Shown: positions 12,919 through 26,906 of the stretch, piece by piece | Layout of the letters: each line of letters begins with the position of its first letter | Position numbering within the stretch: the stretch's first letter is position 1 | Origin: Spizellomyces punctatus DAOM BR117 | Lineage: Eukaryota | DNA length: 64,000 nt | Reading direction: 5' to 3' (one strand) | Assembly: GCA_000182565.2 (NCBI GenBank) | Contig: KQ257453.1 | Program-made: the position numbers and the translations under genes | Notes under the pieces: model-generated | Told to the model about the DNA's origin: nothing | The model's input: only the letters and a program-made list of their open reading frames with translations | The model's database searches: none

Positions 12919-13220
12919 GATATCTTTAAGAAATGATGCAATACATGTGTGTTTGACGTTACGTGGGTCGACACGATTTGCCTTGGGGAGGAGCAGCTAA
13001 ATAATAGATTATGTTGAATGCCGTGATTTGCGTTATGGGCGCACTATTTCTTTAACGATTTTTTGTTTAGCCAGGATAATACGGATGCTCAATGCTGCAA
13101 TCCTTAGATATTGATTATAGGAGTTTGGTGTAGATTCATGTCCCACCGGTACGATCTCCCATCCACGGCGGGTAGGAGTTGCGATATCCAATACCAAGGG
13201 TACATACTCTGGTTTCCTTC

Positions 13221-14245
13221 TCATCCATATTCTCTCCGTACTTTCCCCTCGGAGGATGTCCTGAATAATTGTTGCACAGACACAGCGGCCAATCGGCATG
13301 TCTCATAGCATCTCATGTACTGGAAAGTGGGGAGTGAGTTTGCTTGGCGCCCACAGTACGGTAAACCATACTCTTTGACTTACTTCGTCCACAGTAAACA
13401 ATCCCGTCGACATGTTTGCCAATGTGCCCTCCGAAACATTGTCAAAGGCAAATGTGTGCACGGATGCAGATCTCTAAAGTTCATATGAAAAAGGTCAGGA
13501 CATTCCAAGGCGGTCTCTAGCGCTCATGCAACTCACCTCCAGCTCAATCGCAGTCGGATCCAAAAGTAGCTCCCCTGTATCATCTATCATGCAGGTTACC
13601 GAGGCCGCCAGCGATCGCAAAGGTATTCCTGCATCAACGAGGGCGAGTGTAGCGGCGTTCAAGGCAGTTGATAATATCTTTTTGGAGTATGTAGTGAGAA
13701 ACATTGCTTGTAAAATATCGCGCAAAGAAGGTCTATTACCCCTCCGTCATCTGTAAGAACTTGCAGGGTAACTCGTATTGATGTTCGTGGGTGGAGTCCA
13801 CTCAGTATGGATGCCTCCAAAGTTTGACGGATTATTCTTTCATACATTCGCTCTTTGGTTGCTACACATGGGTAACCACATTAGATTAGAAAAGGCAGCC
13901 GGCATATAGAGGGCATTCTGTCTGCGACTTGTGCGAACGTCATAGTCTTCCACTTACTAGTCATGCCTGCTGCAGTTTTAAATATGACTTCCACGACGGC
14001 TTTGTCCAACTTTTCGTCACGCAGCTTCACCTCCATCGGCCCAAAAACGGAACACATGACAGCACTGTCACCTGTAAACCTGCCATATTTTAGTTTCTGG
14101 GCAAAGATGCTTTGCAGCTCTGCTGTAGCATACCAGACTTAAACCGAACTGACCCGTCCGCTCTACTGAGTAGAGCCGAACTGCAGTAAAAGGGCCGCAT
14201 CTCATTCGGCGAGTGCCGTTTATCAGGTCTTGTTCTTTGCGTCAT
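13221..14245 (-). CDS. RRP46: Exosome core RNase PH-like subunit Rrp46
   Basis: LLSRADGSVRF, VMCSVFGPMEVKLRDE, LHPRTSIRVTLQVLTDDG, NAATLALVDAGIPL, LLLDPT. Confidence 0.92.
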
Positions 14246-14390
14246 TGTAGCAGCAATCGTCTTTGGAGAAATGGTCAACTTTGCAGATCACCGCGACACA
14301 TAGGCCTTCACGGCGATTACCATGGCAATAAGAGAACTGGAGTTAACACGCACCAGAACTTGGTCTTGACCCATTGGCTTCACTTACACA

Positions 14391-15549
14391 ATGAATACAG
14401 CGGGTAAGCCAGAGGATCGATATGGGATACAAGCTCAAACTCCCAAGATATTAATGTAGTCGTCCCTTCAGCTCGAGCACTGAGGGCTGTCCGCTATAGC
14501 TGCGCGGTAATGGCTCCTTCGCACTGCATTTTAGCAGACCTGGCGAACTCATAACAACTGTTTAGGCAGAACGTCATTTGGCAAAGACGCTGTCCAGAAG
14601 CCCTGTATCTTTGCTTCGCCAACGCACATTGCTACTTTCACAGCACTCCATTCGGCAGTATTCGCAAGCCGCTCCAAAGGGAGCACAGACAAAGGAGGAC
14701 TTTTCTGTAAGCCGTCAGTAAACGGGCCCACTTATCTTTGCTGCTTCTCATTCGCAATAATTTGCTTCACTTCGCAGAGGCTCACATGGAAGAGTATAGG
14801 AGCTTTCCTTGTCAGTGGAGCCGCTCTATTCGGGTATTTTGAGTACGAGAAGAGAAAGCTGCAAGCCCGGCGAGAGGCGTCAAAGAATGAGAGTGCCGGC
14901 AAGCCATTAGTTGGAGGACCCTTCTCTTTGGTGGATCACAATGGACGGCCTGTGACAGACCTTGATTATCGGGGCAAATACATGCTCCTGTATTTTGGCT
15001 ATACGTTTTGCCCCGATGTTTGCCCAGAGGAACTCGAGAAGATGGCCGAAGTGGTCGATACGTTGAGTACGTTGTCCCTGAGATCTGTATTGAGGTGGTT
15101 GGGTTCCAGGCTAATGCCTTCGTGCAGGTAAAAAGGAGGGCTATACTGAAGAGACCATTGTTCCCATCTTCATTTCGTGCGACCCCAAGCGTGACTCGAT
15201 CGAAGCAATAAAAGAATATGTCCGAGGCAAGCACCGTGCATATTCATGTCAATATGGCTCTGTTTAAATCCTAACGGGCATTTTAGACTTCCATCCCAAA
15301 TTTGTAGGGTTGATTGGAACGCATGCACAGATCAAGCGAGTTGCAAAAGCCTACCGTCTGTACTTTAGCGCACCGCCGAGAGCAGTGGACGATGATGAGG
15401 CGGACTATCTTGTGGACCATTCTATATTCTTTTATCTGGTAGACCCTGACGGAAAATACGTTGCACATTTTGGACGGACGGATACAGCGGAGGAAGTTAC
15501 AGATAGGATCATTCAGCAAATCAAGCAGAGGCGACAGTTGAATGCGTAG
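14391..15549 (+). CDS. SCO1: Mitochondrial copper chaperone Sco1
   Basis: GKPLVGGPFSLVDHNG, YFGYTFCPDVCPEELEKM (CxxxC), DYLVDHSIFFYLVDPDG; start exon ATGAATACAGCGG|gtaag inferred. Confidence 0.93.
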
Positions 15550-16171
15550 ATGAGGAATAACTCTAGTTTATTATTTACCAAATTTACAATTTACTTATTG
15601 CGGTCCAGCAACCGTCCCAATCTCCTCGCCATGTCGACTTTTAATGCTCGATCGATTACATACGAATGTCACGTGTTATTGGTCATCAAGGGCTGTCGAA
15701 TTTCCGCTCCGATGATCTTGAGCGTTTAAAGGTCAACGCTGTGAAGAGATAACGCAGCGAGCAGCGACTGTCCTTTTTGCATTTTATGCCATATACAGGT
15801 TGTGTAGGGATGAAACCACTGACTTGCGACTGGTAAAAGATGTGAATCTTAACAGCTGGCTGCTCATTCGCAACCCAGTTGAGATTTTCATGTATGGGTG
15901 CAAAATAACCTTGTAACATTGCATTATGCCCTGCACCTCCATATGTCATGTCAAACTTTATGCAAACCCAACCTTCAAATCCATCTTGAATAGCAGCGAA
16001 TATCTTTTTATGTTGCAGTAACAGAATTCGATTGCCATCGTTTTTTGATTAGTTTCGGACACACGTTAATCTGCACGCGCTGGACTTTTCCCACGTAAAG
16101 CCCCGCCGTTCGTTTGTAGCCTCGTCCTTCCCGCACACCCAAGACTTTAGGACTTTAATCACTTTATTAGC

Positions 16172-17926
16172 ATGCCAAAACGTTCCCAGCTTGTTTTGGA
16201 CCCGCCGTTGCCCACAGGGGTGGACGAGGCGGACCTTCTTCAGGCGTTGGACACCTTTCCAGAGTTCAAGCTGCTCTTCCTGTACAAGCATGTATGTTTG
16301 TATCTTCGTAGTCAGATTGTTGAGTACAGTGTCAGCTCACAACAGCTACCCTTTTCGGTAGTTTTATCTTATGACCTTTGACACCATGGAAGGCGCACGA
16401 GACGCCTTGGAGCACCTTAATAATAAACTTCCGGCAAGCGTCGACATTCGCTGGGACTATTGGCAGCATGGCGATCCAGAAACTGGCCCGTAAGTACCTA
16501 TAAGATCTCGATAGAGCTGCCTGCAAACCGACCAAGGTTTTTTTAACTTAGATACCCTGACGTTTCTTCTGCTGTCGAGTCCAACTTTGTCTTCATACCC
16601 CGAACTTTTGTCCGTGCTTCAGCCATCTGTAAAATGGTTGAACATCTTCCAGGGTTTCGTGGCGGACGGGCAGTGACCCGAGGTCATATCGTCCAGTTTC
16701 GGACCGTTCGGCATGCTTATGGGTGTATTGATTATCTCACTAGCAAGACGGATATGCTTGTGTTCTTTGTGGATAAAGAGGGCAATCCAATCGAGCCAAT
16801 TGCGGAAGAGGATTCCTATGGAGATTTCAAAGCGGCAAAAGAGGGCGCAAATGCACCGGATCGGACCAGCCTTCATCAGAACCTCGTTATTTCTCCCTAC
16901 GGAGGTGACATTAGCGTCCTTATCAACCTCCTCGCTTCCTTTTATGGCTGGAAGAAGGCTCTCTTTGATGGATCCATCAACTGCACTGCTACGTTTTCCG
17001 ATCCAGCAATGGCCAGACGGGCGTTCAGATATTTCACTACGCAAACGCCTGCGCTTGTGTTTTTGGAGGCTGGAGGAACACAGCAAGATGGACCCACGTA
17101 TGTCCGCAAATCCACCAAAGGAATTCACATAGCTTTGGATAAAAAAATCCGCTTGCCGAAAAAACGTAAAACGGCGCAGAGGCGCCTAGAGACGTGGCTC
17201 GAAGGCTATAAGGGCTTTATCCATATCGCATTCTTCAGTGAGGACTGTATTATTGCCGTCTTTGTCCGGCCCATGGATGCCGAAGCGGCACTTAAACACC
17301 TGAACGAGTCTACTAATCTGTTGACAACCTTCTACCGGACGGGTGAACTTTGTCCGTCGAACTGTCAATTCAATCCGGTGCCCGAAAAGCAAGTGTCCCC
17401 TTCTACACCTGTTGGAAGCCCTATCAAGGAAATGAAGGAAGCATTGAAAACGTCGGCCCCGCCGCCCCTAACAACAAGTATTGCTAAGGAACTTGCGAAA
17501 GAGCCGTGTACATCGCCGCCTCGGACTGAACCCGCTGCCGAAGAGCGGGTAAAAGCGCCGCTTCGGGCATTTCTGTCTCTTAAAGGTGTATCTGCGTCAA
17601 CTTCAAAACAAGATTTGCGGGATGTGTTTTCGGCATTCCGAGGGTTCCTTGAGGTTACAAAAGACCCGGATCAGGTCATTGTGACCTTCAGAACGGAAGA
17701 TAATGCGGACCAAGTAAAAGAGGCCATCAGCGCCTATTGCCGGCTTGGTTCTGTAAAAGTCGACATTCCAAACATGTCCGGCTTTAAAAACGAGGCAAAA
17801 TCTGCCGTTCTTTCTATTCAAGAACGTGCTGCGCGGACTCGTGCCAAGTTGCGCGAGCTCGAGGCCCAAAGTGCGACTATGCAGCGTTTTCTGGCTGGTG
17901 GTCCTGAAGGTAATGTATCATTTTAG
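16172..17926 (+). CDS. Uncharacterised protein with several degenerate RRM-like repeats (3 exons)
   Basis: Repeated 'L..LF..F.GF...-xxxF....A..A...L' units (FYLMTFDTMEGARDALEHLN; IAVFVRPMDAEAALKHLN; VIVTFRTEDNADQVKEAI); 430-aa terminal ORF plus two upstream exons in phase. Confidence 0.6.
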
Positions 17927-18194
17927 TACACTGAGGATGGGAGCGGCGGTGGGGTAAATGGACAGTATGGTGGGGACGGTAACGACGAAAGGACGCTCAA
18001 ATTTCGTGTAATTTGGCCTTGTTTGAGCATACGTGCAGTGAATAATAAAATCGTTCTTGCGTATGGATCTAAGCGGGTTGGCTCACGGCGGGCAAACCCC
18101 GCATGATTACATAATCGCATTTCCCTTCGATCTTACCTCTACTTTCAACATCTTGGCCAAACGATTGTATTTAAGAGCTGGCAGCAAGTCCGTT

Positions 18195-21100
18195 ATGGAT
18201 ATTGATAAGGAAATATCCGTCAACAGCTTAATAAGAGAGGTATTTTTATATTTCTTGTTAACCGCCTATTGAAGGGAAAATTGATATATAGCCTTGCTTT
18301 AGTACTTGGTATTTGCCAATTACTCAAAGACAATTGATATATTTGATGCAGAATGCGGAGACAAAGGACGGCCGGTTGATGCATCAGATGGGGGTGGGGT
18401 GGAATCAACATTGGAGGAGGCAGAGGTGCTACAACGTTTCCACATTCTGTTAAGCAATAACGGCTTTTCTGAACACTGTTAATTTCCAGAATCGCTTTTT
18501 GATATCATTCCGAAATGGGGATCGTGCAGCATTCTTTGCGCTGTGGGACGACCAGTTTCCATCCTCTGTCCGCGCATCTGACCCGCTATATCAAAAGTTG
18601 GAGTTTCTGTTGAGCGTATATTTCGCAGTGTTCCCCATACATCCGGGGGTAAGCGCTACCGCTGCCAAGGTAGGAAGTAATCCTATTGACTTTAAGTTAT
18701 GCTGCCTTAATTGCCACGATTGACGACATGTAAACTAGCATCACTCGCTCCCAGTAACGATGGACACTTTCAAACAATTCTTGGAGACTCGTGGTGCAGA
18801 GCTCTGTAAAACGACCCAGTTTCTTTCTTACTACGCCCTGCCATATGTTCCGGACCCTCGAATGCATCCTTCTTTCAAAGACATTTTTGAGCATGCTTGG
18901 GTGGCGGATCTGGAGGAGAGATTGAAGCAGTTCTTGAGAAGTGCGCTGCGAGGTAGCATTAGACCCAGATTAGTAAAAGTTGTCGAAGAGGTAAGAGAAA
19001 GCTGGAATTGCGGGACAAGGTCATCTGTGCTCAAAAGTTCATGGCTAACCATTGTCCTTGATCAGTCCCATGATTCGGGGAAAACATTTCATGGTAAGGT
19101 GCTGACGGTTCTCTAAGTATCGCCCGAAGCACCGTTCTTAATCATATTCTGCATTCTATAGAACAATCTCAAGAGGCCCAAGCTATCCGTAAGCAGCTAG
19201 GCGACCTTGAAGAACGTGAGTTTGCATTGTCTTCCAAGCATCGAACCCTTCAGGTGCGTACATGGACAATTATGCATTTTTGGAGACTTTCGAGTTGAAT
19301 AATCCTAATGTGTCGCAAATGGCAGAACGACTACCATAACCTGATTACTATCGCATCAGAACTGGTTCAAACACTAACTGCGTGCATCAACGGACAAAAG
19401 GTGCCCCTCTCTGGTCATCGCTTTACACATTTGCATGCTTAACGGTCTCTTCAGATAACTCCAGCCTATCTGTCAGGGGTTTGCCAGCGACTGGCATCAT
19501 TTAAGCAAAACCAAGGAAAAGCTTCTGATGGACAGGTATGCTGAACTAGCGGATTCCGAGCATATTCTGCGCGGTCATAATCTGAGGCATCTCCCTAGAA
19601 GGATGCACGCAAGATATCGCCGCAAGCGCAATCATCCACAAGCACAATCAACAACCACGCTGCATTGGCCGCCGAACCCAAGCCTAGCGAGCACCAACCG
19701 AGGACTACTGTGGAGCCGGAAATTCCATTGGAGCAGTACCTAGATTACAATGCTATCGCGAGGGATCTTACGCCGACTACAGACCCTAGAGTACACAAGC
19801 AGCAAGCGTTTCTGCTGCAAGCCCTACGACTGGTGAGTTGTTATGGATCACTTTCAATGACATATGTACTAATGAACGCCGGAACAAAATAGCACGTTAC
19901 AAAATCTCAATCAATCGCTAACCGACGAACTATCCTCATGACCTACACTGCGAACGATTTCTTCCAAGTTGCTGCTGGAAAGGTAACATTGCTTGCAGGC
20001 GATCAGTTTCAGATCAACGGCTAATATTTAATTACACCCTGTCAGTCTTTTATCTTGGACCTGTTTGACCATCCCTCGCAACTAGTACAGGACCAAACCG
20101 CAAGACTGATCAATATCCTTGCATCAGATTGTTCTGGCCGAGAATATCTGTCAAGAAACTCTCACTTGGTTCCCAAACTGGTTGAATGCATGAAAGCTGA
20201 GGAAATTGATTCGGTGTTTAGGCAGAATGTGCTGGGGATATTACAAAAATTGAGCTTGAGGTAAGCATCTCTCTCCAATGCCAGCATCTGTTTGCTTATT
20301 TCACACGACCAATGGCTTTGAATCTAGACGAGTGGCCCAATCCGCAATGAACTCAGTCATGGTCATTCCTTATCTTCTTGAACTGTTGCAAGATCTTGAC
20401 GGTTTATCCGAGTACACAATTCAGTATGGTACAGCCTTGTTGATGAACCTTTGTCTTCGGACTGCGGGAAAAAGACAGTGCGCAACCAATCCGGAGCGGA
20501 CCTTGAAGATGTTGACGGCATTAATGGATCATGATAACTTGCAGGTATGTACATGGTTAGTTAGCCCCCCTTTTTCTCCATGTTCAGAAACCTGATCTTC
20601 ACATTTTCTGTTTGCAAAAGGTCAAAACCTATGTGAACGGGACGCTCTATAGCTTGTTTACGGAGCCAAGTATACGGGATGCTGCTCGCGCGATGGGTAT
20701 GGAAGATATGCTGCAGTACCTGAGAAGTTCGTCGGACGAGCAACTGGTCCGACAGATAGATTTCGTAACAGAGCAGTTGAACTCGGGTATGTCCTATCAT
20801 GTCATGACTCTCCGAGTGCTTGGGAGAAATATCTCACTGTCTCTGGATAACAGAGGAGGTTCCGGACAACTCCGATACTGTATCGGAAGATGGCGAAGAA
20901 GAGGACTTTGAAGATGATGAAGAGGTGTGATTTGACTCTGAACACCTTCACTGTTAATTAATGCTCAAGCATCAAACCTCGTTTGTAGGATATACCGGAA
21001 GAAGACGATACAGACGATCTACCTCCACCCACACCAAGCAATCCCACGGGCACATCTCTCCTTCTCAAATACAAACTAGCTACTCCACGCCCAATAACAA

Positions 21101-21773
21101 CTCGTCCCTATGATTCCCTCCCTCATCATCCTCTGAGTCACCCCTCCTCCCTCAACCTTACCCCGCACGACCTTCTCCGTCCACGCACACCCTCTCGCCC
21201 CGGAACACCAACAGTGTATAAATCGATGACCTCACTTCCTCTCCAGCGCGCTCCCGCTGCCCTAAGAGAAGACGGCGGAGCCAAGGGATTAGTTGGCAGT
21301 GGTTCAACGTCGCATCTGCGCCAATCGACAAATTCGGTGACTGGTAGTTCTAATAAACTCAATAAGGCGCGAGGATCCAAAGATAAATCGCGAGATCTGA
21401 GGCATCCCATAACAGTGGAAGAGTAAGTACTTTCCATTTTATCACTCGGGGTTCGCAGTGGCCCAACTGACAGTTTTGCAATGAATAGACAACAAGAGAT
21501 CGATTTGGCCTTCTCCACCCGGCCCAAACTTCCGCGTACTCCACTTCCGGGAGCGAGCTCATCACGAAACTTTAGCGTAACAGCTTCCCTATCCGCGTTA
21601 TCAGACGACGTGCATCAGAGTGCCAACTATCGCAGAATGAACGTGGATGGAGGAGTGAGAAGCTCATATGATGATGGTAAGGTTTTGGTATGGAAGTTAA
21701 AAGATCTGGCGGAAACTAATGGTTTCTCGCAGTCCGTGCAACTAGTAGATTATCTCAAACTTCTGGTAGATGA
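18195..21773 (+). CDS. ARMC9: LisH/armadillo basal-body protein ARMC9 (many exons)
   Basis: LisH start (VNSLIRE), KLEFLLSVYFAVFP, TTQFLSYYALPYVPDPRMHPSFKDIF, LQNDYHNLITIASELV, ALLMNLCLRTAGK, TYVNGTLYSL, C-terminal AFSTRPKLPRTP. Confidence 0.9.
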
Positions 21774-22050
21774 TGTGGCGACCAAGATGCTTGTTAGACA
21801 TGATGTTTGGCGACATGCTGCAGATCGCACGAACATCATGATGCTGTACAGCTTTAATGGCTATTTAGTGGAATATACTGGAGAAGCTCTGATCTTCACA
21901 AATATATAAATCACATGGGCTCAATTAGAAACGTTGCATGAGGTTTTTGCGGGATATCAGAGTTCCAAAACACTCTAAAATTGATTCTTAAAAGATAATT
22001 TCATGTTGCGGGCTACCGCATCCCCGAAACAAAAGCCGACCACCAGTCTC

Positions 22051-24288
22051 TTACAACAGCATTGTGAGAGGGTTCTCAACATAGGTCTTGAACTTCTCAA
22101 GCCACCTGGCTCCAACTGCACCGTCTACGACACGGTGATCGTTGCTCATGGTAACCTTCATCACCTTACGCACTGCAAAACCTTTCTCGCTCGTCTCATC
22201 CAAGACTAGCTTTTCATCCACACCGCCCACGGCGAGGATAGAGGCATGTGGGGGATTGATGATCGCGGTAAAGTGGGAGATTCCATACATTCCGAGGTTG
22301 GAGATGGTGAAAGTACCGCCCTGTAAAAATGGATCCCATCTTTGAGTATTTGACGTTGCGGGAGCGAACCATGTAGACGAATGATCACCTGGTACTCGTG
22401 AGGCTGCAACTTGTTGGCGCGAGCCTTTTGTGCAAGTTCCTTAATGCTGTTTGAGATCTTTGCAAGACCTTTGGTTTCAGCTTGGTGGATAATGGGAGTA
22501 ATAAGGCCGTTCTCTGCCAATGTCAAAGATATCAAAATGTTTGGTGTTACATACATTGACAGCCATTACAAATGCCAATCAACCTACCGGTAGCGACAGC
22601 GACCGCAACGTCCGCGCTATTGAATCTGCGGAACAGGTGTTTCAAACATCCTTCAATCGTGGATAGCGGGAATTTCTCACTTACTGTCTGATGAAATTTC
22701 CTTGCCACGAACTGTTCACCTCGGGCACATCCTTCAACGCAAGGGAAGCCGCTTTGACTATGAAATCGTTGACGGAGAGCTTGAACTTGCCGTTTGCCTG
22801 GCTATTCAAAACCTCACGCAGCCTACGCGATATCTATCAGCTCTTGTAGCAGTATGCCGCAAATCACTAGTTTCATACTTCAAAATCTTGTCGGCATTGA
22901 TTTCTGAAGTCAGATAGTAATGTGGAATTTGTTGCTTTGACTCAAGTAGCCGTGTAGCAATGACCTAGTTGAGCAAGTGAGTAATATGCTCCCATTGGTC
23001 CACCGATTTTTTGGCGATTCTGTCACCTTGCGGACGTTTGACAAAGGAATATCAACGTATGCAGCGCCGGGAGCTGGTGCTGGAGGTGCAGCCTTCCCGG
23101 TAGGGGCTGCGGCAGGAGCAGGAGTAGCAGCAGGAGTAGCGGCCGGAGCTGAAGCATACAGATGCGCATGAGACAGCCAGAATAGCATGGAACGGTCCGC
23201 TCAGCAAAGTTAAGCCACCTTTGTAGTTCAGGACGTCTTCCTTAATAATTCTTCCACCAGGCCCGGAACCCTTAATCCCACCAAGCTCGATGCCACGCTC
23301 CGCGGCAAGCTTTTTAGCCACAGGACTAGCCGAAACTCGATCTGTGAAATCAAAATTTTGTCCGCGTCATCAGCTATTTATGCTGCCCAACTATTCAAAG
23401 AAGAAGCGTCATTGAAACTTACCGGAAGATTCCCCTGATGAGGAAGGTGCAGATTCGGCTGCTTTTGATGGCTCATCTTTAGATGGAGCGGGTTCTTCCT
23501 TCTGCTTGGAAGGAGGTGGAGGCGCGGCAGCACCCTCAGGTTTGAAATCCGCAAACTTTTCCACATCATCCTTATTCTCTACCAAGATAGCCAGTGGCTA
23601 GTTGCGGACCGTTGGACAAAGTCAATATAGTTCCCGATTTGAGCGGTTTCCTTTAGTATCTGTTTATTACGGATCCTACCTTGCTGACAGGGACGTCCTT
23701 CTCGCCACTTTCAATAAAAATCCTCGCCAAAAATCCCTCATCTTGACACTCGAAATCCATTGTCGCCTTGTCGGTCTCTACCTCCACAAGAACGTCACCC
23801 GGCTGAACTTCGTCTCCAATTTTCTTATGCCATTGACCGAGGTTGCCCTGAGTCATTGTTGGCGACAGCGCGGGCATAGTGATCAGGGTATGAGGAGGAT
23901 AGGCTATAATTTGTTCAAACCAGGAGGGTTATCCATGATACCTTGTGGCAGTTTATCAAAGAACTGTGACTTACAATCCGAAGCATATTCGCGCTGTTGA
24001 GTGCGGGCGAGGCATGGAAAGGTGAGATGTTTCCGCATAATGCGAGGTCCATGAGGCACTAACGAAGTGCTATAAACGCACAGGCAGTCGTCAGTAAGTT
24101 TGTCGCGCACGCGAAGCCATCTTGAAAGATTTGACAAACCGAACAACACTAGATGCGTGCCGCAAAGCGCCATTTGTAGTAGAGGAAGCACATCCTCGAG
24201 TAATGGCTGCACGTACGGTCCTTACAGTGACGGTTGGCGTGCGTGCATGTGCAAACCGAGTCGGATTTGAACGAAGTATGGCGTGCAT
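22051..24288 (-). CDS. LAT1: Pyruvate dehydrogenase E2, dihydrolipoamide acetyltransferase
   Basis: Lipoyl domain [12 protein letters not shown]...[13 protein letters not shown]3-binding [13 protein letters not shown], catalytic DHRVVDGA. Confidence 0.95.
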
Positions 24289-24709
24289 ATTCCAGAGTGG
24301 CCGTCCGCGCGGTGGGGTTATGAACGTGAAGAGTCGGCAACGGTATGGAGAAGCCTTTCCTCAGGTTTCTTCCTTGTGTTTACAAACAGTCAGCCAAACA
24401 CGATGGCAGCAACAATTGGATGCGGTAGAATCGGTGATTGGGAGCTTTCCAAACCTATCGATGTCATGATCGATTACCTCAAGCGCCAGGTCACGTGATC
24501 ACATCGACTGGCCAGATGCAACTTTCAATTGGAATAACAGCTATTGGGGACTCTCCAGCAATACGCTACGTTTGCCTATTTGTCTACCACAACAGCGAGA
24601 ATGCGCAGGACATTGTATCGAAAGAGAATGCGTTATCATTATCAAATCATACATACATGAAAAATAAATCCAAAAGTAGGAACCAGAAAGCTCAAATCGT
24701 CCCTTTAAT

Positions 24710-26709
24710 TTAAGCAACAATTCCCTTCTGCTGACGTTTGTCTGATGCATCTCCTTCCAGCTTTTCGCTTCCTCCCGTAGCAATGCCGGGTAACGGAGCA
24801 AGGCCTTGTGCTGCGAGAGGTACGCGTCGGATTGTGGGTCGCGCTCGGGACAAAACTTTGGCGAGGGGATCAATGGAAGTCGGTGGGGTGGCGGGTGCTG
24901 GAAGGAATTTGGAAGCCGTGCTTTGGAAGGATGATGTGGGATGAGGAGGCTATAGAGGATGCGATGTATGTTAGGTTTCGTAGAATGGATTAGAGCAGAC
25001 AGTGTTATGGTAGCTCCTTACCCCTTTCGGGAGCGATGGACCTCGTTTGACGAGGTCACCTTCTCTGAGAATGACTCCTGGCGCAACCTTCATAGTTTCC
25101 GCCTTGATAACAAAAAAGTATGAATGAATATCCCATGAAATTGACAAATGGCCGGACCATAACTCACCAACGACGGCACTTCAAGTGCCACATCTTCCAC
25201 AAATCCTGCTCCGTGGTTCAAAGCTCCAAGAAGGCTTGCAATACTTCCAGAAGCGCCTTCTTTCGACTTTCTCTGCTTTTGTTTACTTGTGCTACTTTTT
25301 GCCTTTGGTGGCAGACTAGGCCCTTTTCTTTCACCGATATCCGTAGCTTTTCGAGGTTGCCGGATACTGCGTTTCTGGTGAGCATATCTAGCGGTGGTAG
25401 TCTCAGCAGCAGATGATGCTGCCGGTGGTGTTCGTGGTGGCTGTGGGTGGGACTTTGAAGAGTTTACCGGAACCGCGCTGGTGTCCACTGGTAATAGTCT
25501 GCTCTTGATACTGTGTCGTAACCACTTAGCTTTCATCGAAGCTCCGGGACTTACAATCCCTGCAATGACTTACCCTTGTCCAACAGCCTTCCCTGATCCA
25601 ACTTTCTTTACAACAACAATCCGACCCTCGTGGTCGTAACTCCAATCCACCGGCTTTCCGCCGTCTTTCTCCAAGTTTCGAAGACGTGCTAATACCCGCT
25701 TATTCTCCTTGAAAACCATAACACGGTCAGCATTGAGGCATGTGAGATAAACCCGTTCGTAGAGATCCAACCTCTTGAATCGCCATCTCTGCAACTTGCG
25801 CCGCAGATAACGGTGGTGGTTGACCGGCATCCTTTAAGGCCCCACCTCGGCGTCCACCACTTCCACTGGACCCAATGCGTCGACGAGCGGCTGTGGAAGT
25901 GGTGGAAGCGGCAAGGGATGCGGCGGACATCATTTCTGTTCGAGAGTCGCGGATCTGGACAGGGAACTCCAATGTTAGGCCGAATACCCGGAAAACACGA
26001 TTTGTCAGATACATACACTAATCTTTCTCTCCCTACTAGACACCAATGAACCAGCTGATGCTTTGATATTTGCAGATCCTGCGACACTTGGCCTATGGCG
26101 GTGGAGTCTATTATGTACATGGGACAATGCCAAAACATTCCCATTTACCTACCGTTGGGAAGCAACTGGCGCTGTCTCTACTATTTCTTGAGATGCTTCT
26201 GATTGCATACTAACAGTACTCGCTGATCTCGTCTCGAGAACGGGGGGAGGAGTTGGCTTTATGATTTCGAGCGGAGTTCGTCGAACGGGAATCGCGCCCG
26301 GCGCCCATGAGTCGATAATTGCTGGTTCTGGTTCTGTTAAAGTGTGTTATGAGTGAGTTCAGAGTGCCCTTCTATGGGAACAGCGATTCTTACCTTCATC
26401 TGGTTCCCAAGTGCATGGATCTATATCTCCAGGATCGCGGCGAAAAAAATGCCACTGAACAACGAAAATGAGACATTCCGCTCCATGAACGTATTCCCAC
26501 TTTAAACTGTCCCCCGATCTCACCTCCACAATCTCGTCAATCGTTTCCTTTGCAAATTGCACGGCGTAAGGCAAAACCTGACTCTCAATATGTTTCTCAA
26601 ACAGGACATCTTGGGACCTCTGCACGATATGCTCCACCAACGACACAATAAACAGTTCCCCCTCCTCGGTGTCAATCAGCTGCAGGTAATCATCTTTGGT
26701 GGTTGTCAT
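24710..26709 (-). CDS. C2orf81/DUF4639-like protein (likely cilia-associated)
   Basis: EEGELFIVSLVEHIV...LPYAVQFAK...WHFFRRDPGD...WEPDEEPEPAIIDSWAPGAIP and late MKVAPGVILREG resemble C2orf81; long low-complexity middle; family assignment from memory of motif. Confidence 0.65.
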
Positions 26710-26906
26710 CGTGGGAGACTTTGTCGTGGTGAAGATGAAAGCTTCAACTGTGATCTGGTCGGAAGGGCGTGTAGTTGATTACGTGAAGGCTTATTGTTGG
26801 GTTGTTGGAAGGATGAGTCATCGCAGTATCGCTCTGCTAGGCGTTTTTAAATTGCAAACATTTGTCGATCCGTTGACACCTATAGACTTTGAAGCCCTTC
26901 CCAACA

